A stretch of DNA of 45,837 nucleotides from Bacteroidetes bacterium 4572_114 (GCA_002254335.1 NIVA01000005.1:1-45837), one strand, 5' to 3'; counted from the first letter of the stretch, positions 21,292-30,830 are shown. The notes: generated by a model from the letters alone, not told the origin. Program-made: numbers and translations.

Positions 21292-22164
21292 ATGGACGCT
21301 GCTGAAATATTTAAAAAAGTAAGGAAAATTGAGATCAAGACCCGAGGGTTGTCCAATCAGATTTTTTCGGGGCAATACCACAGCAACTTCAAGGGAAGGG
21401 GCATGGCCTTTAGCGAAGTTAGGGAATATCAATTTGGTGACGATATCAGGAGCATCGACTGGAATGTTACGGCACGGTTTAACCACCCCTATGTTAAGAT
21501 TTTTGAAGAGGAGCGCGAACTAACCGTTATGTTGCTAATTGATGTTAGCGGATCAAATGAATTTGGCACAAGGGTAGAAATGAAGGAGGACATGATAACC
21601 GAAATTGCCGCTGTCCTGGCTTTTTCTGCTATCCAAAACAACGATAAGGTCGGGGTGATTTTTTTTAGTAACACCATCGAAAAATTCATCCCGCCAAAAA
21701 AAGGGACCTCACATATTTTAAGGATAATCCGTGAACTTGTGGATTTTAAAACAGTGAACCAGGGGACAAATATATCTGAGTCGCTCAGGTTCCTCACAAA
21801 TGCCATCAAAAAGCGGTGTACAACATTTCTTCTTTCCGACTTTATGGACAAAGGCTTCGAGGAGGCCATGCAAATTGCAAACAATAAGCACGATGTTGTT
21901 GCCATCCGCATTTACGACCCACGCGAAACAGAACTGCCAAATATAGGCCTGGCAAAATTTAAAGATGCCGAATCCGGGCAAAGCACCTGGGTTGACACTT
22001 CATCGGCAGTAACCCAAAAAACTTATCGCGACTGGTTTATGGAAACAGAAAAGTACCTTAAACGGGTTTTCCTGAAAAGTGGCGTTGATGTGGCAAAAAT
22101 CAGGACCGATGAGGATTATGTTAAACCGTTGCTCAGCTTATTTAAACGAAGGGGAGCAAGGTAA
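21292..22164 (+). CDS. DUF58 (VWA-like) protein, MoxR partner
   Basis: GRGMAFSEVREYQFGDDIRSIDWNVTAR... and LLIDVSGS are typical DUF58. It is directly downstream of MoxR. Confidence 0.88.
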   Translation: MDAAEIFKKVRKIEIKTRGLSNQIFSGQYHSNFKGRGMAFSEVREYQFGDDIRSIDWNVTARFNHPYVKIFEEERELTVMLLIDVSGSNEFGTRVEMKEDMITEIAAVLAFSAIQNNDKVGVIFFSNTIEKFIPPKKGTSHILRIIRELVDFKTVNQGTNISESLRFLTNAIKKRCTTFLLSDFMDKGFEEAMQIANNKHDVVAIRIYDPRETELPNIGLAKFKDAESGQSTWVDTSSAVTQKTYRDWFMETEKYLKRVFLKSGVDVAKIRTDEDYVKPLLSLFKRRGAR

Positions 22165-22176
22165 CAGAGGAAAAAA

Positions 22177-23295
22177 ATGAGGCAATTACAAACAAACATA
22201 CTGCTGATTATTATTTTGCTACTGGCAAAACCTGTTATTTCGCAGGATGTAAAAGCTGATGCAAAACTTGATACCAACGTCATACTGGTTGGGGATCAAA
22301 TTGGGTTTCGGATTGAGCTGGCACTCCCCGAAAATTACAATTTTAGCTGGCCGGTTTTTGATGATACCCTTACCGGTGACATCGAAATTGTAAAGAAATC
22401 GAAAGTGGATACAACGGCCACAAATAACGGTTTGATGAACATCCGCCAGGATTTTACCATCACATCGTTCGATTCGGGCTATTATCTTATACCTCCAATA
22501 AGTTTCAAATATGGAATTGCTGGCGGAACGCTTTCCGACCAGGTTGAGACCGAACCTTATTTACTTAATGTTTTCACAGTTGAAGTTGACACAACCAAAT
22601 CTTTCATGCCCATAAAAGGCCCCATGGAAGCACCCTATACTTTTGCCGAGATATTTCCGTGGATTTTATTGGCAATAGCGATCCTGCTTATTGCAGGCCT
22701 GACCATTTATTTTTTGGTCAAAAAAGAGAAAAACATACCATTATTTGCCCCCAGACCAAAGCCAAAACTTCCTCCACATACTGTTGCCCTGGATGCCCTC
22801 GACAAATTAAAAAATGAAAAACTTTGGCAGCAAGGCCACGTAAAGAAATACCATACGAGATTAACTGAAATAGTGAGGATTTATATTGAAGACAGTATGG
22901 AAGTGAGGGCCGTGGAAATGACATCGCCTGAGATTTTGGGGGCTATCGGCCAAACCGGCCTGGATAAAAAAGATATTGGGCCATTAAAAGAAATACTTGA
23001 ACTTGCCGACCTGGTTAAATTCGCCAAATTCAAACCTCAGCCTTCTGAAAATGGAGATTCGTTGGAACGGGCTTATGATTTCGTAAAAAGAACCATGAAG
23101 AAACAAGAAGTCATCGAAGGGGAAAAGCCTGAAGTCCAGGATAAACAGGAAACGAAAGAGGGATCATCAGATAATGATGATATTCCTACTTCACCCTTCG
23201 TAAAGAATATCTCTTCAGGGATTAACATCCCTGCTGATTTGGACAGTAAATCCGAATATTCAAAATACCTGGCTGAAAAGTACAAATCCCAATAA
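22177..23295 (+). CDS. Membrane protein of the Bat operon (BatD-like N-terminal domain, one TM helix, DUF4381-like segment, acidic tail)
   Basis: Signal peptide MRQLQTNILLIIILLLAKPVISQ, TM helix ILLAIAILLIAGLTIYFLV, then PPHTVALDALDKLKNEKLWQQG...EMTSPEIL. Confidence 0.7.
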   Translation: MRQLQTNILLIIILLLAKPVISQDVKADAKLDTNVILVGDQIGFRIELALPENYNFSWPVFDDTLTGDIEIVKKSKVDTTATNNGLMNIRQDFTITSFDSGYYLIPPISFKYGIAGGTLSDQVETEPYLLNVFTVEVDTTKSFMPIKGPMEAPYTFAEIFPWILLAIAILLIAGLTIYFLVKKEKNIPLFAPRPKPKLPPHTVALDALDKLKNEKLWQQGHVKKYHTRLTEIVRIYIEDSMEVRAVEMTSPEILGAIGQTGLDKKDIGPLKEILELADLVKFAKFKPQPSENGDSLERAYDFVKRTMKKQEVIEGEKPEVQDKQETKEGSSDNDDIPTSPFVKNISSGINIPADLDSKSEYSKYLAEKYKSQ

Positions 23296-23339
23296 TGACT
23301 TCTGAAGAGTATCTTTCAAGCATAAAAGAATAAAAAGCC

Positions 23340-24335
23340 ATGCTAAGAAATATAGAATTTGCAAACCCGGAATATTTATACCTGTTGGTGATCATACCGT
23401 TAATGATTGCCTGGTACTGGTATAAAAACAACCGTAGCAAGGCTGAAATTCAAATTTCTACAACCGGCCCATTCAGCAAATCCCGCAAGACCATCAGGCA
23501 ATATTTGTTTCACAGTACATTTATTTTTAGGGTAATTGCCACCGGTTTGTTGATTGTTGCCCTTGCACGGCCACAGTCCTCGTCCAGCAGCCAGGATATT
23601 TCTATCGAAGGTATCGATATTGTTATGGCAATGGATATTTCGAGCAGTATGCTTGCCGAGGATTTAAAGCCCAACCGTTTGGAAGCTGCAAAAGATGTGG
23701 CTGAAGATTTCATTGAGGGACGGCCCAACGACAGGGTGGGGCTTGTGGTTTTCGCAGGCGAAACCTTTACGCAGGTGCCACTTACAACCGACCATAAGGT
23801 ACTTAAAAACATGTTTGTTGATGTAAAAAGCGGGATGATCGAAGATGGCACTGCCCTGGGCGATGGCCTGGCAACAGCGGTTACACGGCTCCGCGACAGC
23901 AAGGCCATCAGCAAGGTCATTATTTTGCTCACCGATGGAGTAAATAATATGGGGGCACTCGACCCGGTGTCGGCAGCCGAAATAGCAAAATTATATGGGA
24001 TCAGGATTTACACTATTGGGGTAGGAAGCGAGGGCATGGCGCCATATCCGCGCCAAACGGCCTTTGGGCTGCAATATCAGAACGTTGAGGTAAACATTGA
24101 TGAGGAATTACTGAAAGAAGTGGCGCAAATGACCGATGGAAAATACTTCAGGGCAACCAGCAACAGGAAGCTAAAAGATATTTACAACGAAATTGATGAG
24201 CTGGAAAAATCAAAAATTGATGTTACCGAATTTCACAAAAAGAGTGAAGAATTTGAAATTTTTGTACTGTTCGCATTGCTGTTTTTTATTTTGGAAATAT
24301 TATTAAAGAATACTGTTTTTAAGACAACACCATAG
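23340..24335 (+). CDS. batA: BatA-type VWA-domain membrane protein
   Basis: FANPEYLYLL, N-terminal TM helices, MIDAS motif DIVMAMDISSSM and LLTDGVNN. Confidence 0.88.
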   Translation: MLRNIEFANPEYLYLLVIIPLMIAWYWYKNNRSKAEIQISTTGPFSKSRKTIRQYLFHSTFIFRVIATGLLIVALARPQSSSSSQDISIEGIDIVMAMDISSSMLAEDLKPNRLEAAKDVAEDFIEGRPNDRVGLVVFAGETFTQVPLTTDHKVLKNMFVDVKSGMIEDGTALGDGLATAVTRLRDSKAISKVIILLTDGVNNMGALDPVSAAEIAKLYGIRIYTIGVGSEGMAPYPRQTAFGLQYQNVEVNIDEELLKEVAQMTDGKYFRATSNRKLKDIYNEIDELEKSKIDVTEFHKKSEEFEIFVLFALLFFILEILLKNTVFKTTP

Positions 24336-24399
24336 AGATGAGGCCCAAAATCCTAATCCCGAAAGTTTTCGGGGTTGAGTTTGTTTTGTTGGTTTAAAA

Positions 24400-24432
24400 A
24401 GACCTAACAGGTTTTAAAAACCTGTTAGGTCT
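24400..24432 (+). other. Perfect 13-bp hairpin in the batA-batB spacer (attenuator or REP-like)
   Basis: AGACCTAACAGGT-TTTAAAA-ACCTGTTAGGTCT. A second small hairpin, CCCGAAA/TTTCGGG, lies at 24358-24373. Confidence 0.6.
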
Positions 24433-24493
24433 GAACTCATCACTTTTTAATTTTCGTTTTTTGATTTACAATTAAACATTAAAAATTCCTACA

Positions 24494-25543
24494 ATGCAAA
24501 TGTTCCAATTTGCCAAACCTGAATATTTTTACGGATTGCTGATGATACCGGTTTTCATCATCCTATTTGCGTTGATGCTTTCGTGGAGAAAACGGGCCAT
24601 GAAAAGGTTTGGCGATTTGAAATTAGTAAACAAACTAATGCCGGACAGATCGAAAGGCCGGGCTGCCATAAAATTTATTGTCCTCATGCTGGCCTACACC
24701 CTTATCATCTTTGGGCTGGCCAACCCGCAAATTGGCTCCAAACTCGAAAAAATCGAAAGAAAAGGCATCGACCTGGTCATTGCAGTTGATGTTTCTAACA
24801 GTATGCTGGCACAGGACATTAAACCTAACCGTCTGCTGCGTGCCAGGCAATCAATATCAAAGTTGGTTGATAAATTGAAAAACGACCGTATCGGGATTGT
24901 TGTCTTTGCCGGCAACGCCTACACCCAATTGCCCATCACCACCGACTATTCGGCCGCAAAGCTGTTCCTGTCAACCATCAACACCAACATCGTCCCAACA
25001 CAGGGGACAGCCATTGCCGAAGCCATTGACCTGGCGGTGGAATCGTTTGATGAAAACGAACACGAAAAAGCAGTGATCATCATTACCGATGGCGAAGACC
25101 ACGAAGGCAATGCCGTTAAAGCTGCTGAATCTGCTGCCGAAAAAGGCATCAGGATTTATACCATTGGCATGGGGCTGCCCGAAGGTGGCCCGATACCGGT
25201 TTTTAATAAATCAGGAAAACAGACAGGTTTTAAGAAAGACCTGAAAAATAATACAGTTATTACAAAGCTCAACGAAACCATGCTGCAGCAGATCGCCTCG
25301 GCGGGAAACGGAAAATATGTAAGGGCAAACAACGCCCAGACCGGACTGAGCATAATTTTTAATGAAATCAACAAACTGGAAAAAACCGAATTCGAATCCA
25401 GGGTCTTCTCCGATTACGAAGACAGGTTTCAATATCTTTTAGTCCCTGCATTGTTGCTTTTATTAATTGAATTTTTAATTTTTGAAAGAAGGGGAAAGAG
25501 GTTTAGGAACGTTAATCTTTTTGGTGAGAGAAGAAGAATTTAA
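24494..25543 (+). CDS. batB: BatB-type VWA-domain membrane protein
   Basis: FAKPEYFYGLL, MIDAS motif DLVIAVDVSNSM, IITDGEDHEG and a C-terminal TM helix. Confidence 0.88.
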   Translation: MQMFQFAKPEYFYGLLMIPVFIILFALMLSWRKRAMKRFGDLKLVNKLMPDRSKGRAAIKFIVLMLAYTLIIFGLANPQIGSKLEKIERKGIDLVIAVDVSNSMLAQDIKPNRLLRARQSISKLVDKLKNDRIGIVVFAGNAYTQLPITTDYSAAKLFLSTINTNIVPTQGTAIAEAIDLAVESFDENEHEKAVIIITDGEDHEGNAVKAAESAAEKGIRIYTIGMGLPEGGPIPVFNKSGKQTGFKKDLKNNTVITKLNETMLQQIASAGNGKYVRANNAQTGLSIIFNEINKLEKTEFESRVFSDYEDRFQYLLVPALLLLLIEFLIFERRGKRFRNVNLFGERRRI

Positions 25544-25583
25544 ATTGTAAATGATTTACTTTGAGAATGTTGTTTTGAAGTTA

Positions 25584-25625
25584 TTAATTGTCATTTGTGG
25601 TCATTGATAATTATCTATAGAAATG
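25584..25625 (+). repeat. Short GTCATTTGTG/GTCATTGATA repeat block, sharing a 19-mer with 39605-39623
   Basis: GTCATTTGTGGTCATTGAT at 25590-25608 is the exact reverse complement of 39605-39623. Confidence 0.7.
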
Positions 25626-25666
25626 ATTTAGGCTTCATGTAAATACACCAAGAAGATTTCGTTTAT

Positions 25667-25698
25667 TTTGGATATTTCGTTTATTTCGTTTATCTTTG
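25667..25698 (+). promoter_or_regulatory. Promoter of the toxin-antitoxin cassette (TTTG, 20 nt spacer, TATCTTTG)
   Basis: TTTG at 25667-25670 and TAnnTTTG at 25691-25698, with TTTCGTTTAT repeated around it. Confidence 0.5.
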
Positions 25699-25722
25699 CC
25701 GAAATAATTTAACACAGATATT

Positions 25723-26178
25723 ATGTATTCACTGGAAAACATATCAAAACCATCAAAAGAAGAACAAAAAGCAGCTATGTTGTCGTATGATGCTCTTGTG
25801 TCAACAATTAATGAAATAAAGGATGAAAATCCTGAAATAGAGATAGAAGAAACTCAAGAAAGAATTAGGATACCATTAAATGCTTTAAAGTTATTAGCCA
25901 AAATATTAAAAGAAACAAGCAAAGGAAAGCCAGTATCAATAGTTCCAATTGCAACAGAAGTTACAACACAGGCAGCTGCAGAAATACTTGGTTGTTCAAG
26001 GCCTCATATTGTTAAGCTTTTGGAAACAGGAAAAATAAAGTTTACTAAAGTTGGTAAGCATAGACGCATCAGATATGAAGATATTATTTCATATAGGAAT
26101 GAAATGAAAGCTGAACAAGAACGCCTAATTAACGAAATAATGGATACTGACGAAAAAGCTGGTTTATATGATTCATAG
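25723..26178 (+). CDS. Excisionase-family helix-turn-helix DNA-binding protein, putative antitoxin
   Basis: VTTQAAAEILGCSRPHIVKLLETGKIKFTKVGKHRRIRYEDIISYR is an excisionase/MerR-like HTH. It overlaps the downstream PIN gene by 11 nt. Confidence 0.8.
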   Translation: MYSLENISKPSKEEQKAAMLSYDALVSTINEIKDENPEIEIEETQERIRIPLNALKLLAKILKETSKGKPVSIVPIATEVTTQAAAEILGCSRPHIVKLLETGKIKFTKVGKHRRIRYEDIISYRNEMKAEQERLINEIMDTDEKAGLYDS

Positions 26179-26731
26179 CGTTCGCTTTAAATGTGTTTTA
26201 GACACAAATGTTATTTATCCACTTTGGACAAGAGATTTGCTATTATGGTTTGCATTTTATGACTTGTACACTCCCAAATGGAGCAACAATATATTTTCAG
26301 AATGGATTGATGTCATGAAAAGAAAAGGTGTTAACGATGAGGAAGCCAATAAACGGGCAAATGTTATGAATAGGGCTTTCCCTGATGCTTTGGTCGAAAA
26401 TTACGAACCATTAATTGAAGGTTTATCATTACCTGACACAGATGACAGACATGTTTTGGCAGCTTCAATTAAAACTAATGCAAACCTTATTATCACAAAT
26501 AACCTCAAAGATTTCCCCAAAGAATACCTCGCCAGTTTTGGCCTTAAAGCTAAAAGTCCTGACGACTTTTTCACAGATATTATTGACATAAACCGAGAAT
26601 TATCAGTACAAGCGTTTAGAAAACTTGTTTTAAACAAGAAAAATCCACCGTACGATGAATATGACGTTCTTGAGATATTTAGAAACAATGGATTAAAACG
26701 TACAGCTGATTATATACATTCTCTAATTTGA
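26168..26731 (+). CDS. PIN-domain ribonuclease, putative toxin
   Basis: VLDTNVIYP, DTDDRHVLAASI and NLIITNNLKDFP carry the conserved acidic PIN residues. Confidence 0.8.
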   Translation: MIHSVRFKCVLDTNVIYPLWTRDLLLWFAFYDLYTPKWSNNIFSEWIDVMKRKGVNDEEANKRANVMNRAFPDALVENYEPLIEGLSLPDTDDRHVLAASIKTNANLIITNNLKDFPKEYLASFGLKAKSPDDFFTDIIDINRELSVQAFRKLVLNKKNPPYDEYDVLEIFRNNGLKRTADYIHSLI

Positions 26732-27209
26732 AAATATTTAACAGAGATAAATCAGAAACCATCTAAGAAAGTTGATTGAAAAATACGAACAAGACCATTG
26801 GTCTGAATCCTTAAAAATAACTGACAAACAAGTAAAAGAAAATGATTTGACAGAAATACTGGTTCGGGCAGAAAACGAATTTAATTACAAGAGAAAAGAA
26901 CTTATTAACTTTTAATTTAGACTTCATAAGTATTTGTAAATAAGCTAAATAACAATTACAAATTCATGCATTTTTCAATGAATATTAGATATAAAAAGCT
27001 GAATATGAAAGACATAAAAGAAATATTACAATCATAGAATTCGCTATTTTGGATTTTTTTAATTTGAAACTAGTGTTACTTGATTTTCAATCATAAATCT
27101 TTTGGGTTTGAACAAGAAAATATCACAGTTGGTTTATTAAATCCATAATTCTTGTGTAAACAACACATAATTAGGCGAATTACTCCACTAAACAAAATTG
27201 TAATTTTCA

Positions 27210-27217
27210 TATCTTTG
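27210..27217 (+). promoter_or_regulatory. -7 box TATCTTTG upstream of batC, at the right edge of the inserted cassette
   Basis: TAnnTTTG match. No convincing -33 element. Confidence 0.35.
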
Positions 27218-27362
27218 ATATTTAGTGTTTTATAAAAACAGACGTTTTGTTAGACATTCGTTATCAGCAAAATACACGAAGTCCAAATTAATAGTTATTA
27301 AGAAAAGAGTTCGATCTTCAATTAACTTGATGTCAGGAAAAGAAAACAATAAAGCTCAACAA

Positions 27363-28160
27363 ATGAAAACAGTACCACTAACATACCATTTTATTATAAT
27401 TTTCTTTTTCCTTGTTGGGGCCTGTGCCTCAGTAACGGCCCAACCGGAAAATAAATTTATCCGACGCGGAAATGATGCCTTTGAAAAAGGGGATTTTAAG
27501 AAGGCCGAAATTGATTACCGCAAGGCACTCGAAAAAAACATCAAATCTACCAAAGGGACCTACAACCTGGGTGGGGCCATTTACCAGCAGGAATCTTTTG
27601 AAGATGCGGCAAACCTTTATGGTTCGCTTGCCGAGAGCAACATATCCCCGGAGGAAAAAGCCAAATCATTCCATAATCTTGGAAATACGTTGATGAACAT
27701 GCAACAATTTGATGCCGCTATCGAATCCTATAAAAATGCTTTACGGAACAACCCCGGTGATATGGAGACCAAATATAATTTGGAGTACGCCAAAAAAATG
27801 CTTCAGCAACAGCAGCAGCAGCAAGAGCAAAACCAGGAGGACCAGGACAAGCAGGATAAAAACGAGGATAAAAAAGATCAGGAACAAAAGCAGGATCAAC
27901 AAAAGAAGGACGAACAAGACGAACAAAAAAAGGAACAGGACCAAAAGCAGGAACAAGAGCAAGACCAAAAACAAGATCAACAACAACAAAACCAGGACCA
28001 ACAACAGCAGCAGCAGCAACAACAACAAAAGCAAATATCCAAAGAAGATGCAGAGCGTATGTTGCAGGCCCTGAAGGAAAACGAAAAGAAAACACTTGAA
28101 AAGCTTAAGCTCGAAAAGATGAAAAATGCCAGAAGGGTTAAAACCGAAAAAGATTGGTAG
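27363..28160 (+). CDS. batC: BatC-type TPR protein with a long Q/K/D/E low-complexity region
   Basis: Start set at MKTVPLTYHFIIIFFFLVGACASVTAQ (signal/TM). TPR repeats follow (GNDAFEKGDFKKAEIDYRKALE, AIESYKNALRNNPGD), then a poly-Q/KDQ tract. Confidence 0.8.
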   Translation: MKTVPLTYHFIIIFFFLVGACASVTAQPENKFIRRGNDAFEKGDFKKAEIDYRKALEKNIKSTKGTYNLGGAIYQQESFEDAANLYGSLAESNISPEEKAKSFHNLGNTLMNMQQFDAAIESYKNALRNNPGDMETKYNLEYAKKMLQQQQQQQEQNQEDQDKQDKNEDKKDQEQKQDQQKKDEQDEQKKEQDQKQEQEQDQKQDQQQQNQDQQQQQQQQQQKQISKEDAERMLQALKENEKKTLEKLKLEKMKNARRVKTEKDW

Positions 28161-28225
28161 CCTGATTTCCGATGAACGATACAATTAAACATAGCATTTT
28201 TAGTTTAACTACCCGAAAAGCAGGA

Positions 28226-30043
28226 ATGAGAAAAACATTAATTCTAATATCATTGATTTTTCTTTTAACATCGGCATCCTACGCCGATGGGGTTCAGTTT
28301 ACTGCCACAGCCAAAACAACTGTCAGGGTTGGCGAAAAATTCCAGCTACAGTTTAAAATAAACGCAGAAGGTTCGGGGTTTAAAGGCCCCAGGATTTCAG
28401 ATTTTCAGGTTCTAACCGGGCCAAATACTTCCACCAGTTCAAGTGTTCAAATTATTAACAGCAAGGTGACCCGTGAGGTATCTTATGTTTTTACCTACAT
28501 CTTAAAAGCACGCCAGGCCGGTTCGTTCACAATCCCTGCCGCTACAATTAACTACAAGGGCAAACAGTACAAATCCAACTCCCTGAAAATTAAGGTTATT
28601 AAAGGGGGCACATCAGCTACGGGAAAAACTACTGGCAAAGATGATAAGGATAATGTATTCGTCAGGGCATATATAAACAATACGACACCGGTGCAGGGCG
28701 AACAGATAATATTGACCTACAAATTATTTACCTCGGTCCCCATTTCAAATATCGACGACAGCAAAATATCTTCCTTCCCCGGGTTTTGGTTAAAAAACCT
28801 GTTAGGCAACAGAAAGGGCTACACCCAAACCCGCGAACAAATTGAAGGTACCGAGTATGTGGTTGCCGAACTTAAAAAATTTGCACTGTTCCCTCAGCGA
28901 AGCGGAGAGATAACTATCCAGCCAGCGGAGCTGAATTGTGTTGCACAAATCCAATCGAGTTCGCAGCGAAGAAGTTCTAATTCGGTTTTTGACAGCTTTT
29001 TTAACGATCCGTTTTTTAACAGCCGTTATCAAAATATAGAAAAGCAACTGTTCTCAAATAGCCTGAAGATTAATGTCAGGCCATTGCCCGGGAAAGACAA
29101 ACCGGCAAACTTCAGCGGGGCGGTCGGTTCATATAGTTTTAAATCTGAAATCGACAAAACCGAAGTAAAAGCCAACGAGGCCATCACACTTAAATTTACG
29201 CTGAAGGGCCAGGGCAACCTTCAATTAATTGATCCCCCGGTCATAAATTTCCCCACCGACTTTGAGGTTTTCGACCCTGAAATTAAAAACAATATTAAAA
29301 CGTCGGTAAATGGGGTATCGGGCACCAGGACTTTTGAATACCTTATAATTCCTCGAAACCCGGGAGATTACACCATCAAACCTGTTGAATTTTCTTTTTT
29401 CAATATCAAAACCAGAAAATATGTAACCCAAAAAACACCCACCTATAATATAAAGGTGAACCGTGGTGAAGGAAATTCGGCAAATATTACTTACAGCGGG
29501 GCCAGTCAGGAAGACATCCAATACATTGGCAGGGACATCAGGCATATCAAGCTGCCACCATATAACCTGCGCCCCATCGGTTTTTTCTTCTTCAGGTCGC
29601 TCAATTATTATGCACTTATCTTTATTCCTGTTTTAGTTTTTGTCATCCTTCTAATTGTTTGGCGGAAAAATATAAAACGTCGCGGCAACATAGTGATGGA
29701 GAAAAACAGAAAGGCGACCAAAGTGTCGAAAAAGCGTTTGAAAACAGCCTCTGTTTTTATGAAGGAAGATAAAGGTGACGAATTTTATGAAGAGGTTTCA
29801 AAGGCATTGTGGGGGTACATCAGCGACAAATTTAATATTTCGAGGTCGGAACTATCGATGGACAACGTAAAAGATAAACTTCTGGGCAAATCGGTGGATG
29901 AACAAATTATCAATCAATTTATCGAAACCCTGAACAATACTGAATTTGCGCGGTTTGCCCCGGGCGATAAATCTCAAAAAATAGAAGATATCTATAACCA
30001 GGCCCTTGAAATAATAAGCAAGATTGAAAGAGAATTAAATTAA
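28226..30043 (+). CDS. batD: BatD-type oxygen-tolerance protein
   Basis: Start set at MRKTLILISLIFLLTSASYA. Repeated Ig-like modules follow (VGEKFQLQFKIN, GEQIILTYKL, NEAITLKFTL), then a TM helix near the C-terminus and a cytoplasmic tail. Confidence 0.8.
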   Translation: MRKTLILISLIFLLTSASYADGVQFTATAKTTVRVGEKFQLQFKINAEGSGFKGPRISDFQVLTGPNTSTSSSVQIINSKVTREVSYVFTYILKARQAGSFTIPAATINYKGKQYKSNSLKIKVIKGGTSATGKTTGKDDKDNVFVRAYINNTTPVQGEQIILTYKLFTSVPISNIDDSKISSFPGFWLKNLLGNRKGYTQTREQIEGTEYVVAELKKFALFPQRSGEITIQPAELNCVAQIQSSSQRRSSNSVFDSFFNDPFFNSRYQNIEKQLFSNSLKINVRPLPGKDKPANFSGAVGSYSFKSEIDKTEVKANEAITLKFTLKGQGNLQLIDPPVINFPTDFEVFDPEIKNNIKTSVNGVSGTRTFEYLIIPRNPGDYTIKPVEFSFFNIKTRKYVTQKTPTYNIKVNRGEGNSANITYSGASQEDIQYIGRDIRHIKLPPYNLRPIGFFFFRSLNYYALIFIPVLVFVILLIVWRKNIKRRGNIVMEKNRKATKVSKKRLKTASVFMKEDKGDEFYEEVSKALWGYISDKFNISRSELSMDNVKDKLLGKSVDEQIINQFIETLNNTEFARFAPGDKSQKIEDIYNQALEIISKIERELN

Positions 30044-30054
30044 CCTGACACTGA

Positions 30055-30771
30055 ATGAAGATTTTCCTTTCCATATTATTATTAATTTTGCTTGAAGAAG
30101 CCAATAAAGTTTACAATGAAGGCTCGTACGGCCAGGCCATTGAGCTATATGAAAAAGTATTGGAAAATGGCTACACATCGGCCGAGGTTTATTACAATTT
30201 GGGAAATGCCTTTTTCAAACAAAACAATTTTGCGGCAGCCATATTAAATTACGAAAAAGCCAAAAAGATTGAGCCGAATGATGAAGACATTAATTTCAAC
30301 CTGAAGATAGCCAACAACAGGATTGTTGATAAGATTGAAACCGTGCCAGAATTATTTTACCTGCAATGGTGGAACTCACTTATTTACGCGCTCACCGTGG
30401 ATCAGTGGGGTTGGACAGGCCTGATATCCTTTTTTTTACTTTTGGTTATGGCCCTGATTTTTCTGTTATCGCGTATTGTTTGGTTAAAAAAGTTGTCGTT
30501 TTGGTTTGGTTTGCTCTTTTTGCTTATCTCCATTTCAACCTATGCACTGGCCAATCAAAAGTTTAATTCGTTCAGAAAAGACCATGAAGCTATTGTTTTT
30601 ACACCAACTGTTACGGTAAAAAGCTCTCCGTCCGAAAGTAGCATCGACCTGTTTGTTATCCACGAAGGCACCAAAGTTGAACTCACCGATAATTTAGGCG
30701 ATTGGTATGAAATTAAAATTGCCAATGGCAGTGTTGGGTGGATAAAGAATGATGATATCGAAAAAATTTAG
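30055..30771 (+). CDS. batE: BatE-type TPR plus SH3b-domain membrane protein
   Basis: TPR repeats (AEVYYNLGNAFFKQNNFAAAILNYEKAKKIEPN), TM helices, and a C-terminal SH3b domain (GDWYEIKIANGSVGWIKNDDI). Confidence 0.8.
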   Translation: MKIFLSILLLILLEEANKVYNEGSYGQAIELYEKVLENGYTSAEVYYNLGNAFFKQNNFAAAILNYEKAKKIEPNDEDINFNLKIANNRIVDKIETVPELFYLQWWNSLIYALTVDQWGWTGLISFFLLLVMALIFLLSRIVWLKKLSFWFGLLFLLISISTYALANQKFNSFRKDHEAIVFTPTVTVKSSPSESSIDLFVIHEGTKVELTDNLGDWYEIKIANGSVGWIKNDDIEKI

Positions 30772-30830
30772 AAACAGTATTACCAATTAGAGTCTGTCTT
30801 TAAAGTCGATAGTTTATAATTTCAGGTTAA

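Noticed and set aside
27709-28192. Five overlapping ORFs on both strands across the batC low-complexity tract
   Set aside because: They are artefacts of the CAG/CAA/AAG/GAC-rich repeat encoding the BatC Q/K/D/E region. Only the frame continuous with the TPR domain is credible.
30055-30110. Possibly truncated BatE signal peptide (MKIFLSILLLILL directly followed by EEANKVYNEG)
   Set aside because: The hydrophobic segment is short and lacks an obvious cleavage site. That could hint at another small deletion, but N-termini of this family are variable and I cannot size a gap without an alignment.
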